Shown: piece by piece, positions 10,505 to 21,819 of the stretch
How the letters are laid out: every line of letters starts with the position of its first letter
How positions within the stretch are numbered: position 1 is the stretch's first letter
DNA from: Anthoceros angustus
Lineage: Eukaryota > Plantae > Anthocerotophyta
DNA length: 64,000 nucleotides
Direction of reading: 5' to 3'
NCBI GenBank assembly: GCA_010909165.1
Contig: MU008180.1
Location: 557,884-621,883, forward strand
Notes under the pieces: model-generated
The model's database searches: none
Seen by the model: only the letters and a program-made list of their open reading frames with translations
What the model was told of the DNA's origin: nothing
Translations under genes and position numbers: made by a program

Positions 10505-13220
10505 TCAAGAATCCATTACGGAGTCAGCAGAGTGGTGGCATACCAGCTGTGTCGCGTTCCGAAGGTTCGCGATGTTCAGCAGCTTACCAAACCTGGCCCG
10601 CGATGCGTTAACTCGGATCTGTTGGATTGCAATTCGTTCCTGCAACTTACTGATGCCTACTGCATCAGTCTGGTCCAATTCTCTCAGTTCACTCTCCAGC
10701 CTCTGCAGCTCTCGATACTCCCCCTGCATCACCTGATTCTTAGCTTCCAACTCTGCTGCCGTAAATACCAGAGGCTCAGCTCTTTCCCTCAGAGCCGTCA
10801 GCCTCTGCTTCTCTTTATGTACAAGTAGCCGGGATGCGGAAGCCTTTTCACACTTTTCTTTTGCAGCATCCACTGCCATCTTCAACTGCTCCTCGGCCTC
10901 CTGGAAGCACACCCTCTTTGCATCTGCCACTTTCTCTCTTTCACTCCACTCTTTATGATCTTCATCTGCAAGTTTTTGCAGCTGGAATACTCTGACCTCC
11001 AGCTCAAGCAACTCTTTTTCACTTTGTTGCAGGTCGGGCACCAACTCATTGCTCTCACCTGCACAAACAGAGACCTCCATGCCATCACAATCCGATTGGT
11101 GGCCATTGTACGAGCCTAACAGAAATGAGACCATGGGACACGGAAAACGAAATTAAAATAATACCAGCAGTTAGCTGATTAACTCCTAGAGAGTCAAGCT
11201 GTTGCTCAATTTGTTGAAGCAAGCAATACACTTCCGGATAGTTGGAACCCTGTAACAGCACGTTATACGCCTCCTCCATTCTTTCATGGAGGGGAGCATA
11301 GTGATTCCTTTGTGACCCTCTCAACACAGTGACAGCAGACTGTATGTGCTTCTCAAGGCTGGCTACATCCTTGCTTGCTATAGCTCCATGTACTCGCTCC
11401 CTCCAGAAAGGAAACAGATCCATCTTGCAGTTGCAAAGGGAACAAAAAAACTCCACATCCAGCGCTACCTCTTTCACTACTCCAGCACATTTTGTCTCAA
11501 CTGCACAATCCAAATGAAACAGATGCTGGCAGCTGGAACACTTCACAACCCTCCAAGACTCTGCAGGAGAAGCAAGGGTATTGCATATTCCACACACACA
11601 CCCCCGACAGAACTTAGCCTCGCTACTACAAGCTTTACAAAAGCACACATTTCCGCGTGGTGCATTCCTTCTTGTCCTCCGACCCTCACTGACAGGCTCA
11701 AGTTCCCCACCCTTGGATAGTGAGGAACATTCATCAGCTTGTCCCAGCTTCGTGTTCGTCTCCTCCCCTGTCTGAACGATTTGCCCCGTTTCGTGGGCAG
11801 CACCTGCGGCCATCCCCCCATTCTGTAAGGGATAAGCCGTAGCTTCATCCTCAGCCCCCATAAGCCTCCACAAGGTCTCTTTGTCAAGCCTGGCACTGCT
11901 GAACGCCTCCTTGTCCATCCTGCACTGCCTCATGCCTTGAATTCTCCCCTCTTCCAGCAAGCAGAAGTACCGCCTGTGCTTACACCTCCAGTTGCAGCAC
12001 AAATCTGCAAGATCAAGTCTTCCCAAAAACTCAGGTGCCTCCTCATTCCTCAAGATTCGGACGAAAGTGTGAAGCACAGGCTTGGTGTATCTCCTCATGC
12101 TAACTGCATCATGAGTCCTGGACAGAAGCAGCCTCCGATACTCGAGCATTTCCTCTTCACTTCTCTGCCCCAAATGTTCTGACTCTTCCATAAACCTTCG
12201 GAGATCGTCACTTGTGTCAGTCAGCCATTTATAACTTGTCACCGTTGAAAGGATGGTGGTAAATGTGTGATCGTCCACCGACGACCGAGGCCTGCCTCGT
12301 TTCCTCTTGACCGGAGCGGGGAGGGCAAGCGGGACAATGGCCTGCTCAACGGTGGGATTGCCCTCATCAGCCCGGTCCTGAGACAGAAACGGCAGTGATG
12401 TGTAGGCCTGAGGTTCAATCTTGGGTTCAGTACTGAACGTGGAACTAACCTGCAGAGAAGGCTTGAGAGCGTCAGAAGGCACAATCAGCTCTCAGAAATC
12501 TGCAGGAACAGACAAGGCAAGAATTTCACCATGAGCATCTTCCTCGCTACATCTTTCAGCTTGGCTTTCTTCTCTTCCTCGTCAAGATCCATTGCAGCAC
12601 TGCGATCAAGGTCTTCTACAGCTTTCCGTTTGTATCCACCTCTCCCTCTACCACCTCTCCCTACACCACCCCTCCCCGCACCACCTCTCCCTCCACCCCT
12701 ACCTGCACCTCCTCTCCCCCTTCTTGAAAGCCCACCCCGGGGTCTCATGTTGTACGGCACCCCAGGAACTTCCCCTGTCTTCAGATCTGTGCACCCAAAA
12801 GGCAACAATCAGCATCTCCGTATGGATATTTTGGCAATCGCTACAAACACTGGCCTCGCTCAGCTCGTTCACTCTAACCATCTAACACGAATACGGATTG
12901 GACACAACCCCATTGCGCCAGTCACCCAGAGCAACAACCATTACAACAGCAAGACGGGACTTACAATAAGCAGGAGCCTTCCAGTGGAAGTCCTCCATGC
13001 GAGGGCCGTCAGGCAGCTTGTCCAAGTACACTTTGAGCTCGGTCTTAGAGCGAAACCTCTCGCCATTGGGCCCTGGCGCTGTAAAATACATGTCTTGCAC
13101 CCTGTTGCCTGTTCTCCAGGTCCATCCCGGGGGACAAAAGGGCTCACCCTGCCCTGTCCTGCCACCGATTGGGTTTCTGTCGTATCCACGAAGCGGTTCT
13201 TGCTGCACTGCGTCTGCCAT
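10505..13220 (-). CDS. Chromatin protein: MBD-like N-terminus, RGG box, AT-hook, Oberon/VIN3-type PHD finger, C-terminal coiled coil
   Basis: Exon 1 CPPGWTWRTGNRVQDMYFTAPGPNGERFRSKTELKVYL (MBD signature); RRGRGGAGRGGGRGG; KRKRGRPR; FCRGCVCGIC...C..CQHLFHLDCA...LDVEFFCSLC; then a heptad-rich exon. 3' end approximate. Confidence 0.8.
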
Positions 13221-13976
13221 GTGCACTCCCAGGCCAGGCGGGCTGTATACACGGGCTCTCTTCTTGGCTCACACCCACTTCTTCACAACGATAGCTGCAA
13301 ATTGCGACTCAAAACAGCAAGCTTGTCGCAGCGCAGCACACGAAACCATCTTCTTCCGAAAACAAATACAAGGCGCGGACTACAATGCTCCAACTACAAT
13401 CGCTGTGCTTCAGCACAAGCTCAAGAAAACGCACTCTCCTTCCGCCCAAAGATGAGTTTATCAAGAACTGTTTTCCTTCCGTCGGTGCTTCCCAATTAGC
13501 CAAAGTCGGAGAGACAGTCCAAGGGCAGCACCACAAGGCAACGCAAGCAAGGCTAGGAAGAGATGAATTAGCCGACGGCACCCACGAAAGAACAGCAGAA
13601 GACCGCTTACGGGCAATCTCTGGAGACTCGTAAGAACACAACGCTACCGGGTTGTTATTCTGTACATTCGTCTTTAACCGCGACGCTAGCTTCTCTCACG
13701 CACCTCTGCCTCTCTGTTCCTTTTTTACATATGTACATAGGTAGGAAATTGAAAGAGTAGATGCTCTGGTGTTCCTTGTACTTATTCAACCACCGTCATA
13801 TCCTTTCACGAAAAAGTTTGGATTTAGATTTTTTTATCATTCAATTTAAGAAGTTAGACTTTACATGAAATCTTTATTAATTTTATCTATACAATCTTAT
13901 CATTTACAATCTATTTAAGTAATCATACTCTTGGTTGAAGATCTTAAATATTTGATCATTTCTATCTATTTACGTT

Positions 13977-15060
13977 TGAAATCCAATGTCCACTTTGCCC
14001 TAATTTCTAGCCGCCCTACTCCAGTAACTTCTAGCCGCCCTACTCCACTAACGTTTATATTTTGAAGGAAACCCTAAAGCTTTTGAAATCCATTGTCCAC
14101 ATTACCCTAATTTCTAGCCGCCCTACTCCACCAACTGTCATATTTCTAAAAAGAGAACTTATTGCTCCTCGTACCCTAATTCTACCCAAGCCGGCGCCGG
14201 AAAATCTTCCAATTAGAATCAAGTGTGGCTGACCCCAAAAGTAATTTACCAAACCAACGGTCATACTTTTAAAAAGAGGACTTATTGCTCCTCATACCCT
14301 AATTCTACCTAAGTCCGCGCCAGAAAACGTTCCAATGACAATTAAGTAAGGCCAGGCGCCGGAAACGTTCCAATGACAATTAAGTAAGGCCAGGCGCCGA
14401 AAAATCTTCCAATGAGAATCAAGAGTAGCTGACCCCAAAAATGTACGACTGAGAATCAATTACAGCAGCGCCGCATAACGATCCAATGAGAATCAACTAC
14501 AGCCAGCGCCGCATAACGATCCAATAAGAATCAACTACAGCCGGCGCCGCATAACGATCCAATAAGAACTAATTCCTGACAGCTTTGAATAACGTTTCAA
14601 TGAGAATCAACTATAGTCGACGCCGCATAATGTTCGAATAAGAATTAACTACTAACGGCTCCGAACAACGTTCCGATAAGAATCAACTATGATTATTAAC
14701 GGCTCTGAATAACGTTTGAATGAGAATCAACTACGATCCGTATTGAGTAACATTCGAATGAGAATCAACTAAGCCAGGTGCTAGATAAAGTTCCAATGAG
14801 ATTCAACTACGGTCGGGGATAACGTGCCAATGAAAACCCCTTATGTAATTGATTCTCATTGGAACATTAAGTAACACTACAATTGAGAATCAACTACCCA
14901 GAAGGACTTGAAAGAGTTGCTATGAGAAAGCTGAGAATCTTTTACATAGATTATTCTCATTGGAACATTATGCAACACTCCAATGAGAATCAACAATGTA
15001 TAAGGACTTGAAAAAGTGAGAAAGGTGATGCTACATAATATTTCAAGAAGAATCAATTAC
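13977..15060. repeat. Hierarchical minisatellite: ~106- and ~123-bp duplications, then a ~38-bp array with core AACGTTCCAATGAGAATCAACTAC, with inverted copies at the right end
   Basis: About a dozen direct ccaat(g/a)agaatcaactac-like cores at 14320-14835. Inverted gattctcattggaacatt-type copies near 14850 and 14953. Confidence 0.85.
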
Positions 15061-16339
15061 GTAAATACTTGGGTAAGTCATGCCATTATAAGGATTGAAA
15101 GTCACTCAAACTATCACTTAAACCGTATTGCCAACCCTCGTTCTCCTCCTATATCTTCTCTATCTTATCACATTGATCATTTCCCTCTCCCATGGATTTT
15201 AACTAACAATAGCTTTATTTCTTTATACTTCTAAACTATAACTTACTCACAATCTTCTTAAAAGGTTGTAAGAAAAATGGTTACACAAATAAATTTTCAG
15301 CTCTTTTCTAAAATATTTTAAATTTTTTGAAATTTTTTTAAACACATATGTTTTGAACACATTACAATTATAGATAACACTATAAGTAAAAATAGTGCCG
15401 AACAAATTTCATTCTTGAGAGTAAAGAGAATTGACATAGGGAAGGAATACAAAGACATTCATTCTTGAGATATAGTAAAGGAGTTTGGAGATGTGAAAGA
15501 GACTTTCCATTCGAAAGGTGGCAAATTAAACAAGGAAGACGCATGACCTCGGGATTTCCACATAATTTTACAAGTTAGCATACCATGAATGGAAAAAGTC
15601 ACTCTTCATTTTTTCTACTTATGAGCTATCATGTCCAGCCCTCAATATAGCCATTATAACAATCATACATAACAAAGCATGACAACCATATATTATATAG
15701 CCATTATTGAATGTGAAAACCCTATACATAGTAACTTTCTTAGCACTACCGTACTTGATATAGCTATTAAGCACTTAGATGCCTAATGGATTATTTTATC
15801 TGGGTGCAAGCCATTAGGCAAAGTAAAATTAAGTTTTAAAATCAGGCAGTTCAAGAAATAGATATAATTATATATATAGTACATAACTACAACCAAAAAG
15901 TTTTGAAGCACACAAATTTGGAGGAGTTCCACACATACCATAATAATATCTATATTATTAAGAAAAATAATAATTAATTATGTTATGTTGAATGAACGTA
16001 TCGACTACGCGTAGAGATCTTTAGTGGAGAACCACTTATGAGTAATAAATAGGGTCCTCCCATAGTTATTAATTAATTCAAATTGGGTTCTTGCAGGTTT
16101 CTAAATTATATTTTGCTCAACCACAGAGAGGAAAGCAGGGACTTCATAAAAAATCAGAGATGGGAAGTCCCATCCACAACAAGGTGGAAGGGGAAAACCC
16201 ACAAAAGGGCCCCGAGCCAAGGGAATTAGCCCCGGTCGTTGTATACTCTGAAGCTACCTACCACCCTAAAGATATCATAATCAGGAATGAGGAAGGGCCA
16301 ACCTACCTCCGGAGTTTAATATGCCATATTTCCCGCACT

Positions 16340-16727
16340 CGAAATTGTCCTGAAAATTACATTCGCCAATGCCCTCTATAAGGTGATGAATACACGTTAC
16401 TGGAAGAAAGTCAACATAGAGGATAGGGGGAGACCTACCTCGTTCTTACGGATGTAGTAGGCTTTAGCGCAATCCTTGATGAATCCTCGAAAAAAACCTT
16501 GTCCAATGGCCCCATGAGTCTCAATAGCAAGGGAACCATCCTCCATGGGGGTGTACTTGTGTACTTTGGTAGTTGTGCAGCCTTCCCAACCCGAAGGATT
16601 GATGATGACATGCTCGCATTCAGTATTTTACGTAGGGTCTATTACAACCACATCTGCGATAGAGGTGTCGCACGAGGTAAGCACTTGAATTCATATAAGC
16701 ACTTCCTCGACAAACAACCAAGCAAAA
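16340..16727 (-). pseudogene. Remnant of a non-LTR retrotransposon restriction-like endonuclease domain (CRE/R2-type)
   Basis: Minus strand reads IADVVVIDPT*...KVHKY...LAIETHGAIG...FIK...FFQ*RVFITL*RALA, fitting the DV.V.DP / K..KY / A.ET.G..G / R.S..LQR pattern. In-frame stops; cut off at the TIR at 16728. Confidence 0.65.
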
Positions 16728-18659
16728 GGGTGTTGCATGGTTTGGTGCTCACTTTGGTGCGTAACGGTTGAAACATCCTTCTTTTGTCCTCTTATATTGA
16801 ATATAATTTTATATAATTGATTTCATTTCCAAAGCAGTGCAGTATTTTATAGATGATAGTATTCTTATGTATGTATCGAGGTTAAAATATGAAATTAGAT
16901 TAGGGAAAAAAAGACCTTGAAAAAAAATGCCTTGGTCCGGGTATGCTAAGACGGGCAATGTCCTCGACACTTGTCCATTGTGCCATGTTATTTTACGAAC
17001 CGGGGAGCGAAGGAACCGGGGAGCGAAGGAGGGAAAATGGTCCGTTACCTTCTTGGCGCCCCACGACGCCGCGGCACTTGTTAATTTTATGGTGACATCA
17101 AGCATCTCGGTTTCATCAAGTACTTCAAACACGGTAGGAAGCCGTGCGAGCATAACTGTAGGTGATCTTGATGGCGCCGGTGGTGCTTCATTGAAGCCAC
17201 AAACAAGTTGGCTCGGTGGAGGTAGGCATCTACACGCAACAATCCGCCAATGGATGCACCATGAGGCGGGCTCGGGGAATGTACCCATTTGTTGCGTCGA
17301 GGCCGCGGTGGGTGGGTGAAATCTGAACCATGTAGAACTGGGTCCAAGCTAGATGTTTAGGGTTTGGTCTCACACGGGCGCGCATGGTTGCTGCAGGCCA
17401 TGTGAAGACATCGTTGTGCAGGAAAGGTCGTCTGAAGATCGGGCTTGGTGACTCTCTAGCGGGCAGACACGCATTTTCGGCCCCCTCAAAGAGGTATGGC
17501 ACGTTCACCGGGAAGCCAGAGGCGAGCATGGGCTGAGAGCAAGCGTCGCCAGGTCTGCACAAAAAGCTGTAGTGGCGAGCAAATCTGGAAGGACGGATGC
17601 ACAGTGTGATAGAAGTGGGCTATCTGAAAGCGTGGGGGCGGGGAGGCGGAGGGGGATGCGGTTGGAGACGGGCGAGGATCAAGCAAGGCTTGGGGATGTT
17701 GACCCTGTCTCACGGACCTCAACACAACGAGTCAAGAAGTGGAGAGCAGTGCAGGGGGCCTTGAGCGAATCGACAGGGAGCGTGGAATGCTCACTTCGTG
17801 TGAAACAGAGGGTGGCTCGGGAAATTGGTCAACATTTCTTGCATCTCACTTCTAGATACACCTCTGCGAGCAAACAAGACATCTTGGCGCTCTTTGGTCA
17901 CCGCTGAAAGAGTATCGGTGAGGCGCAAAGGCTGAAGGATAGCGAGGTGGCAATGATCATGCGAACTTGAAGGTTGCATGCTCAAGTTTGAAGGACGTGC
18001 AATTTGGAGACCATTTGGGCACTAACACGCTCTTCAACATGATTACATCTAAAGATATCAAAGGGAGCCACCTTGTTTCCTCGTTGTCTCGCCAAATAGG
18101 AGTTAGGGGAGGCATGTCGACGAGCCTTGGGTTCTCGGCAAGGAGATGTGCATGGTGAAATATCTCCGGTGTGGTGCGGTAGGAAGACACGGAGTGACAC
18201 AGGCGTGTGGTATGAAAGGCGTAATTGTTCGCTTTTGGGAACTCGCCTACTCATCATCGAACACCAAGGACACAAAGCGGTTCAATCGCTCCAAAGGCGT
18301 TCATCACATATCACTCGTTTCCTTGATATGTCTCGAGGTTGGCGCTAGGTCCATTATGTTAGTACTTGTGCTTTTTCCCTCAAGGCCGTGTTAAGGTGTC
18401 GAATCGATGTTCGATGTTGTTCCACAATGCTCTTGGGGGTGCATGTTGGGCATGATTTGCGTTAATACATCTCAAGTTTTGGTTGTCCCTTGCTTGAGCT
18501 GCCCGTTCGATGCTTTCTTTTCCTTTGGTCACCCTCGACTCTGTGGCCTCTTGGCATCCAGCCTCCCAAGACACAATGGTCACAGTGTGGGCAGGGACAT
18601 GTGCAATGACAGGTGCCCACTACGTGTGGACACTTGCTTGGTCCTGCATGGTGTCATGG

Positions 18660-21600
18660 TGTTACGAAATGGATAATCTGTCCGTAACCTCGCCGTCCAA
18701 CTAGTTACCGTAGATCGTAACTAATAGTAATTAGTAATTACGAACGGGTGTGCCTCTTCGGAAGAGACACCCACAAACACTATTTAAGACGATACTTTGT
18801 ATACATTTTGACATAGAGAGAATACCACAAAATATCTTCGAGAATGTAGCATCTCAATCATGCTAGACTAGATGCAAGGGATGCACAATCCCTTAGGATT
18901 TTAACATGGTATCGAGCATGGTTCACGCTTATGATCCTCTGAGTCTAGGGGAGATCACGTGCGGCCATCGTAAGCTCTCAACATGGAGAGTCGCTGGCGC
19001 AAACCAAGGCACATGGCTGCCTCGACGAAGAATGACCCACGAGCCTACAATAGCCTTGTGCACCCGCGCCGTGAGGCTCCATCGCGCCAGCCCACCACCG
19101 CAGCGCAAGGCGAGATGATTTCTTCACAATTTCTACCACGCACCGATCTGGACGCAAGCAAGCTTGGACCTCGGCCCACCAATTACACCGCAAGACAACA
19201 TGATCGTGAATTCCATCAATAGGCTGGAATTCAACAAACTTCTGCATTGAAGTCCTCCTCCGGATTGAAGCTATCTTGGTGCGCGTCACTTGTTGCGGGC
19301 ACACGAAAATCGAGATTTGGCCAGCAATTGCGGGCGAGAGGAGGCAATCCTTGCCTCCCTCACCCCAGCCATGAGCCAGAGAGGCAGCGCCCTCACCTCG
19401 GGGTGAACGGCGCGCTCCACAGACCCCATTTAGGGGTGTGTGCATGCAGCAATGCGGCCGAGGCGCTGTACCCTGCCTGATTGCGCACACCGTGCGCCGC
19501 GTGGCGCTCCGGTTGCGGGCGCAGGAGGTGCGCCCTGGCGGGGCGACCTCACCTCTGAAACCGCAGCGCTGAATCGTGCCCGGAGCACGGTGGGCAGGGT
19601 GCGTGGGAGGCGCACCGCGAGGATCCCCGGGCGCTGGTGCGCGTCAGAGCCACGGCCGAAACGGCGTGGCAGCGCCCAGCGCGCAGGCGGAACAGGCGCG
19701 CGCGCGGAACGGAGGGCGCGACCCGGCGGAACAGGCGCGCCCGCTCCCGCGGAACAGGCGCGCGCTCCGCGGAACGGGCCTCCCGCTTATCCCCACTGGT
19801 TTCTTTTTCAAAATAAGGTTTCCTCTGAGGCTTGCAGGTTTTGAACCTGCAACCTCCGCCGGTCAATGGACTTGCCACCAGACTAACCTGTCTTGGTTAC
19901 AATTGCACGGTTTTCACTTCTACTTAAAGAGTTTCAAAGTGGCATATATATGTATCTCTACACATATATATTCACCTGAAATATAAAGGCATATAGCGGA
20001 GCCAAAAAAAAAGGACAAAGGAGCAAGGAAGCAAGCCCCAGTGGAACACGAAAAAAAAAAAAAAGAGAAGAAAGTGGAGAGAAGTTAAAAGCCAGCAAGA
20101 GAGGGACTATTGTTTTCTTCAAGGATCTTTTGTCGGCACTCGTGGAGGAGAGATTCCTTTGTTCACCTGCCACACCAACAACCCGCGAGGATTCAACTTG
20201 AAGTTTTATGACCACAACTTACGAGGCGTGGTGAATCAACTTATACAACACTTCAACTCGCTTTCGCCATCGCTCCCATGGCTAGCATTTCCTCCGTGAG
20301 AAGTTCCTTCACCGACGGATCAAAGAAAGATAGATTCAATGGCCAACACTACCACATGTGGCGAGTTCGCATGAAGTCCATCGATAGGTCGAGGTGTTTG
20401 GAAGATTGTTGACGCACCCTTCCAAGCCTAACTCTTGACCACACCTCCCACTGTTGATATTGAGATGGGACTACTTGAATGGGATTGCAATTGCCCTCCT
20501 CATCAGCGGACTCGACTCAAGCCTGGTGCCTAGCGTGGAGTTCCTCACGGAGGCTTCTGCAATCTGGGACCAGTTGTCTAACACCTACAATGTTAAATAA
20601 TGTTCTAACCTTGTACAGTGTACGGCAGGAATTCAACTCCTTGAGGATGAAGGAGACCGATGCGATTTCTGCCCACACCTCGAAGTTCGACCAAGGGCAA
20701 CTCGCCTCCCTTGGCTCAACCATGTCGGAGACCGATGCCACGCAAGTAATGAGCTTACCACCGTCTTACCACAACCGTGACCACCGATGTTGGTATCGAC
20801 TCATGGTAAGTCGGTACACCCTCCACCCTTACGGTGGAAGATATTATTGGTGCTCAGACCAGGAGCAGCCGCCTTAGCTCGCAGGAGGGTCCAAGCCCGA
20901 TGCACGTAGCCCACCCATTTCAAGCCGGAGGAATTCAAGGGCAAGGCGAACTCACCCTAAAGGTGACTCAACCTGCCTCCTCGCCGATGGGTAACCGCAT
21001 CGTGCGGAGCTGCCATTGGGCACGAGTGCCGCAAGAAAGAGGCGGAGAGCCGAAGGCGAGAGATAAGCTGGCGGCTTAAAGGGAGCGCCAAAGACAACGG
21101 AGAGAGAAACCGTAAAGATACTTATGGTTTGCCTCAACACCGAGTTGCATAAGGATGCGGGTATCTCGGACTGGAGCCACCGACGTAGTAACCACTGTAC
21201 TGCTCACCAAGTGAATACTCATCCTCTCAAGGAAAGGGTGTTACTCGGATTGAGTAGATCTAGCCCGCCAATCGCGGGACAAGGCACTGCAATTTCCTCT
21301 CAAGGATGGTTCGCTTACCTTGGAGCCTGTGCTCCTCGTCCATAAATGGGCAAGAACTTGATCTCGATGACTCATCAAGCAAGGCGATCTTGAGATGCTT
21401 GTTTCAAGGGGTCATGCTACTTCTTCAGGACCACAAGTCGACTGTGCCTATTCGGTCTGGTACCTCAAGGCGGCTTGTCAGCTTTCATTACCCTTCAAAG
21501 GGAGCCAAAGAGGAGCATCGCTCCATGGGAGATAGCTCCCATTCATGAGGTTACGCCAAATTTTAAGAGAGGAGTGTTACGAAATGGATAATCATGTAAC

Positions 21601-21819
21601 CTCGCCGTCCAACTAGTTACCGTAGATCGTAACTAATAGTAATTAGTAATTCTGACGGGTGTGCCTCTTGGAAGAGACACCCACAAACACTATTTAAGAC
21701 GTACTTTGTATACATTTTGACATAGAGAGAATACCACAAAATATCTTCGAGAATGTAGCATCTCAATCATGCTAGACTAGATGCAAGGGATGCACAATCC
21801 TACTGCTAGGATTCTAACA
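18660..21819 (+). mobile_element. Non-autonomous Ty1/Copia LTR element (gag plus protease remnant only; TR-GAG-like), TSD CATGG
   Basis: LTRs 18660-18906 and 21575-21819 (TG...CA); PBS tggtatcgagc; PPT aagagaggag; CATGG on both flanks. Gag motifs FNGQHYHMWRVRM, FNSLRMKE and knuckle GHWARECRK. No integrase, RT or RNase H. Confidence 0.9.
19826..19890 (-). promoter_or_regulatory. tRNA-like Pol III A/B-box module inside the Copia leader
   Basis: Minus strand: A-box-like TAGTCTGGTGG, perfect T-arm GCAGG-TTCAAAA-CCTGC, and a T4 run shortly downstream. No full cloverleaf. Confidence 0.5.

Noticed and set aside
12531-13499. 322-aa plus-strand ORF
   Set aside because: It is the antisense shadow of the MBD/RGG exons; the Pro run mirrors Gly/Arg codons.
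14320-14835. CRISPR-like repeat/spacer appearance
   Set aside because: The variable parts are only ~14 nt and related to each other, the repeats are degenerate, there are no cas genes, and the context is eukaryotic.
19826-19890. Functional tRNA gene
   Set aside because: Only A/B boxes and a T-arm are present; no convincing anticodon arm or acceptor stem.
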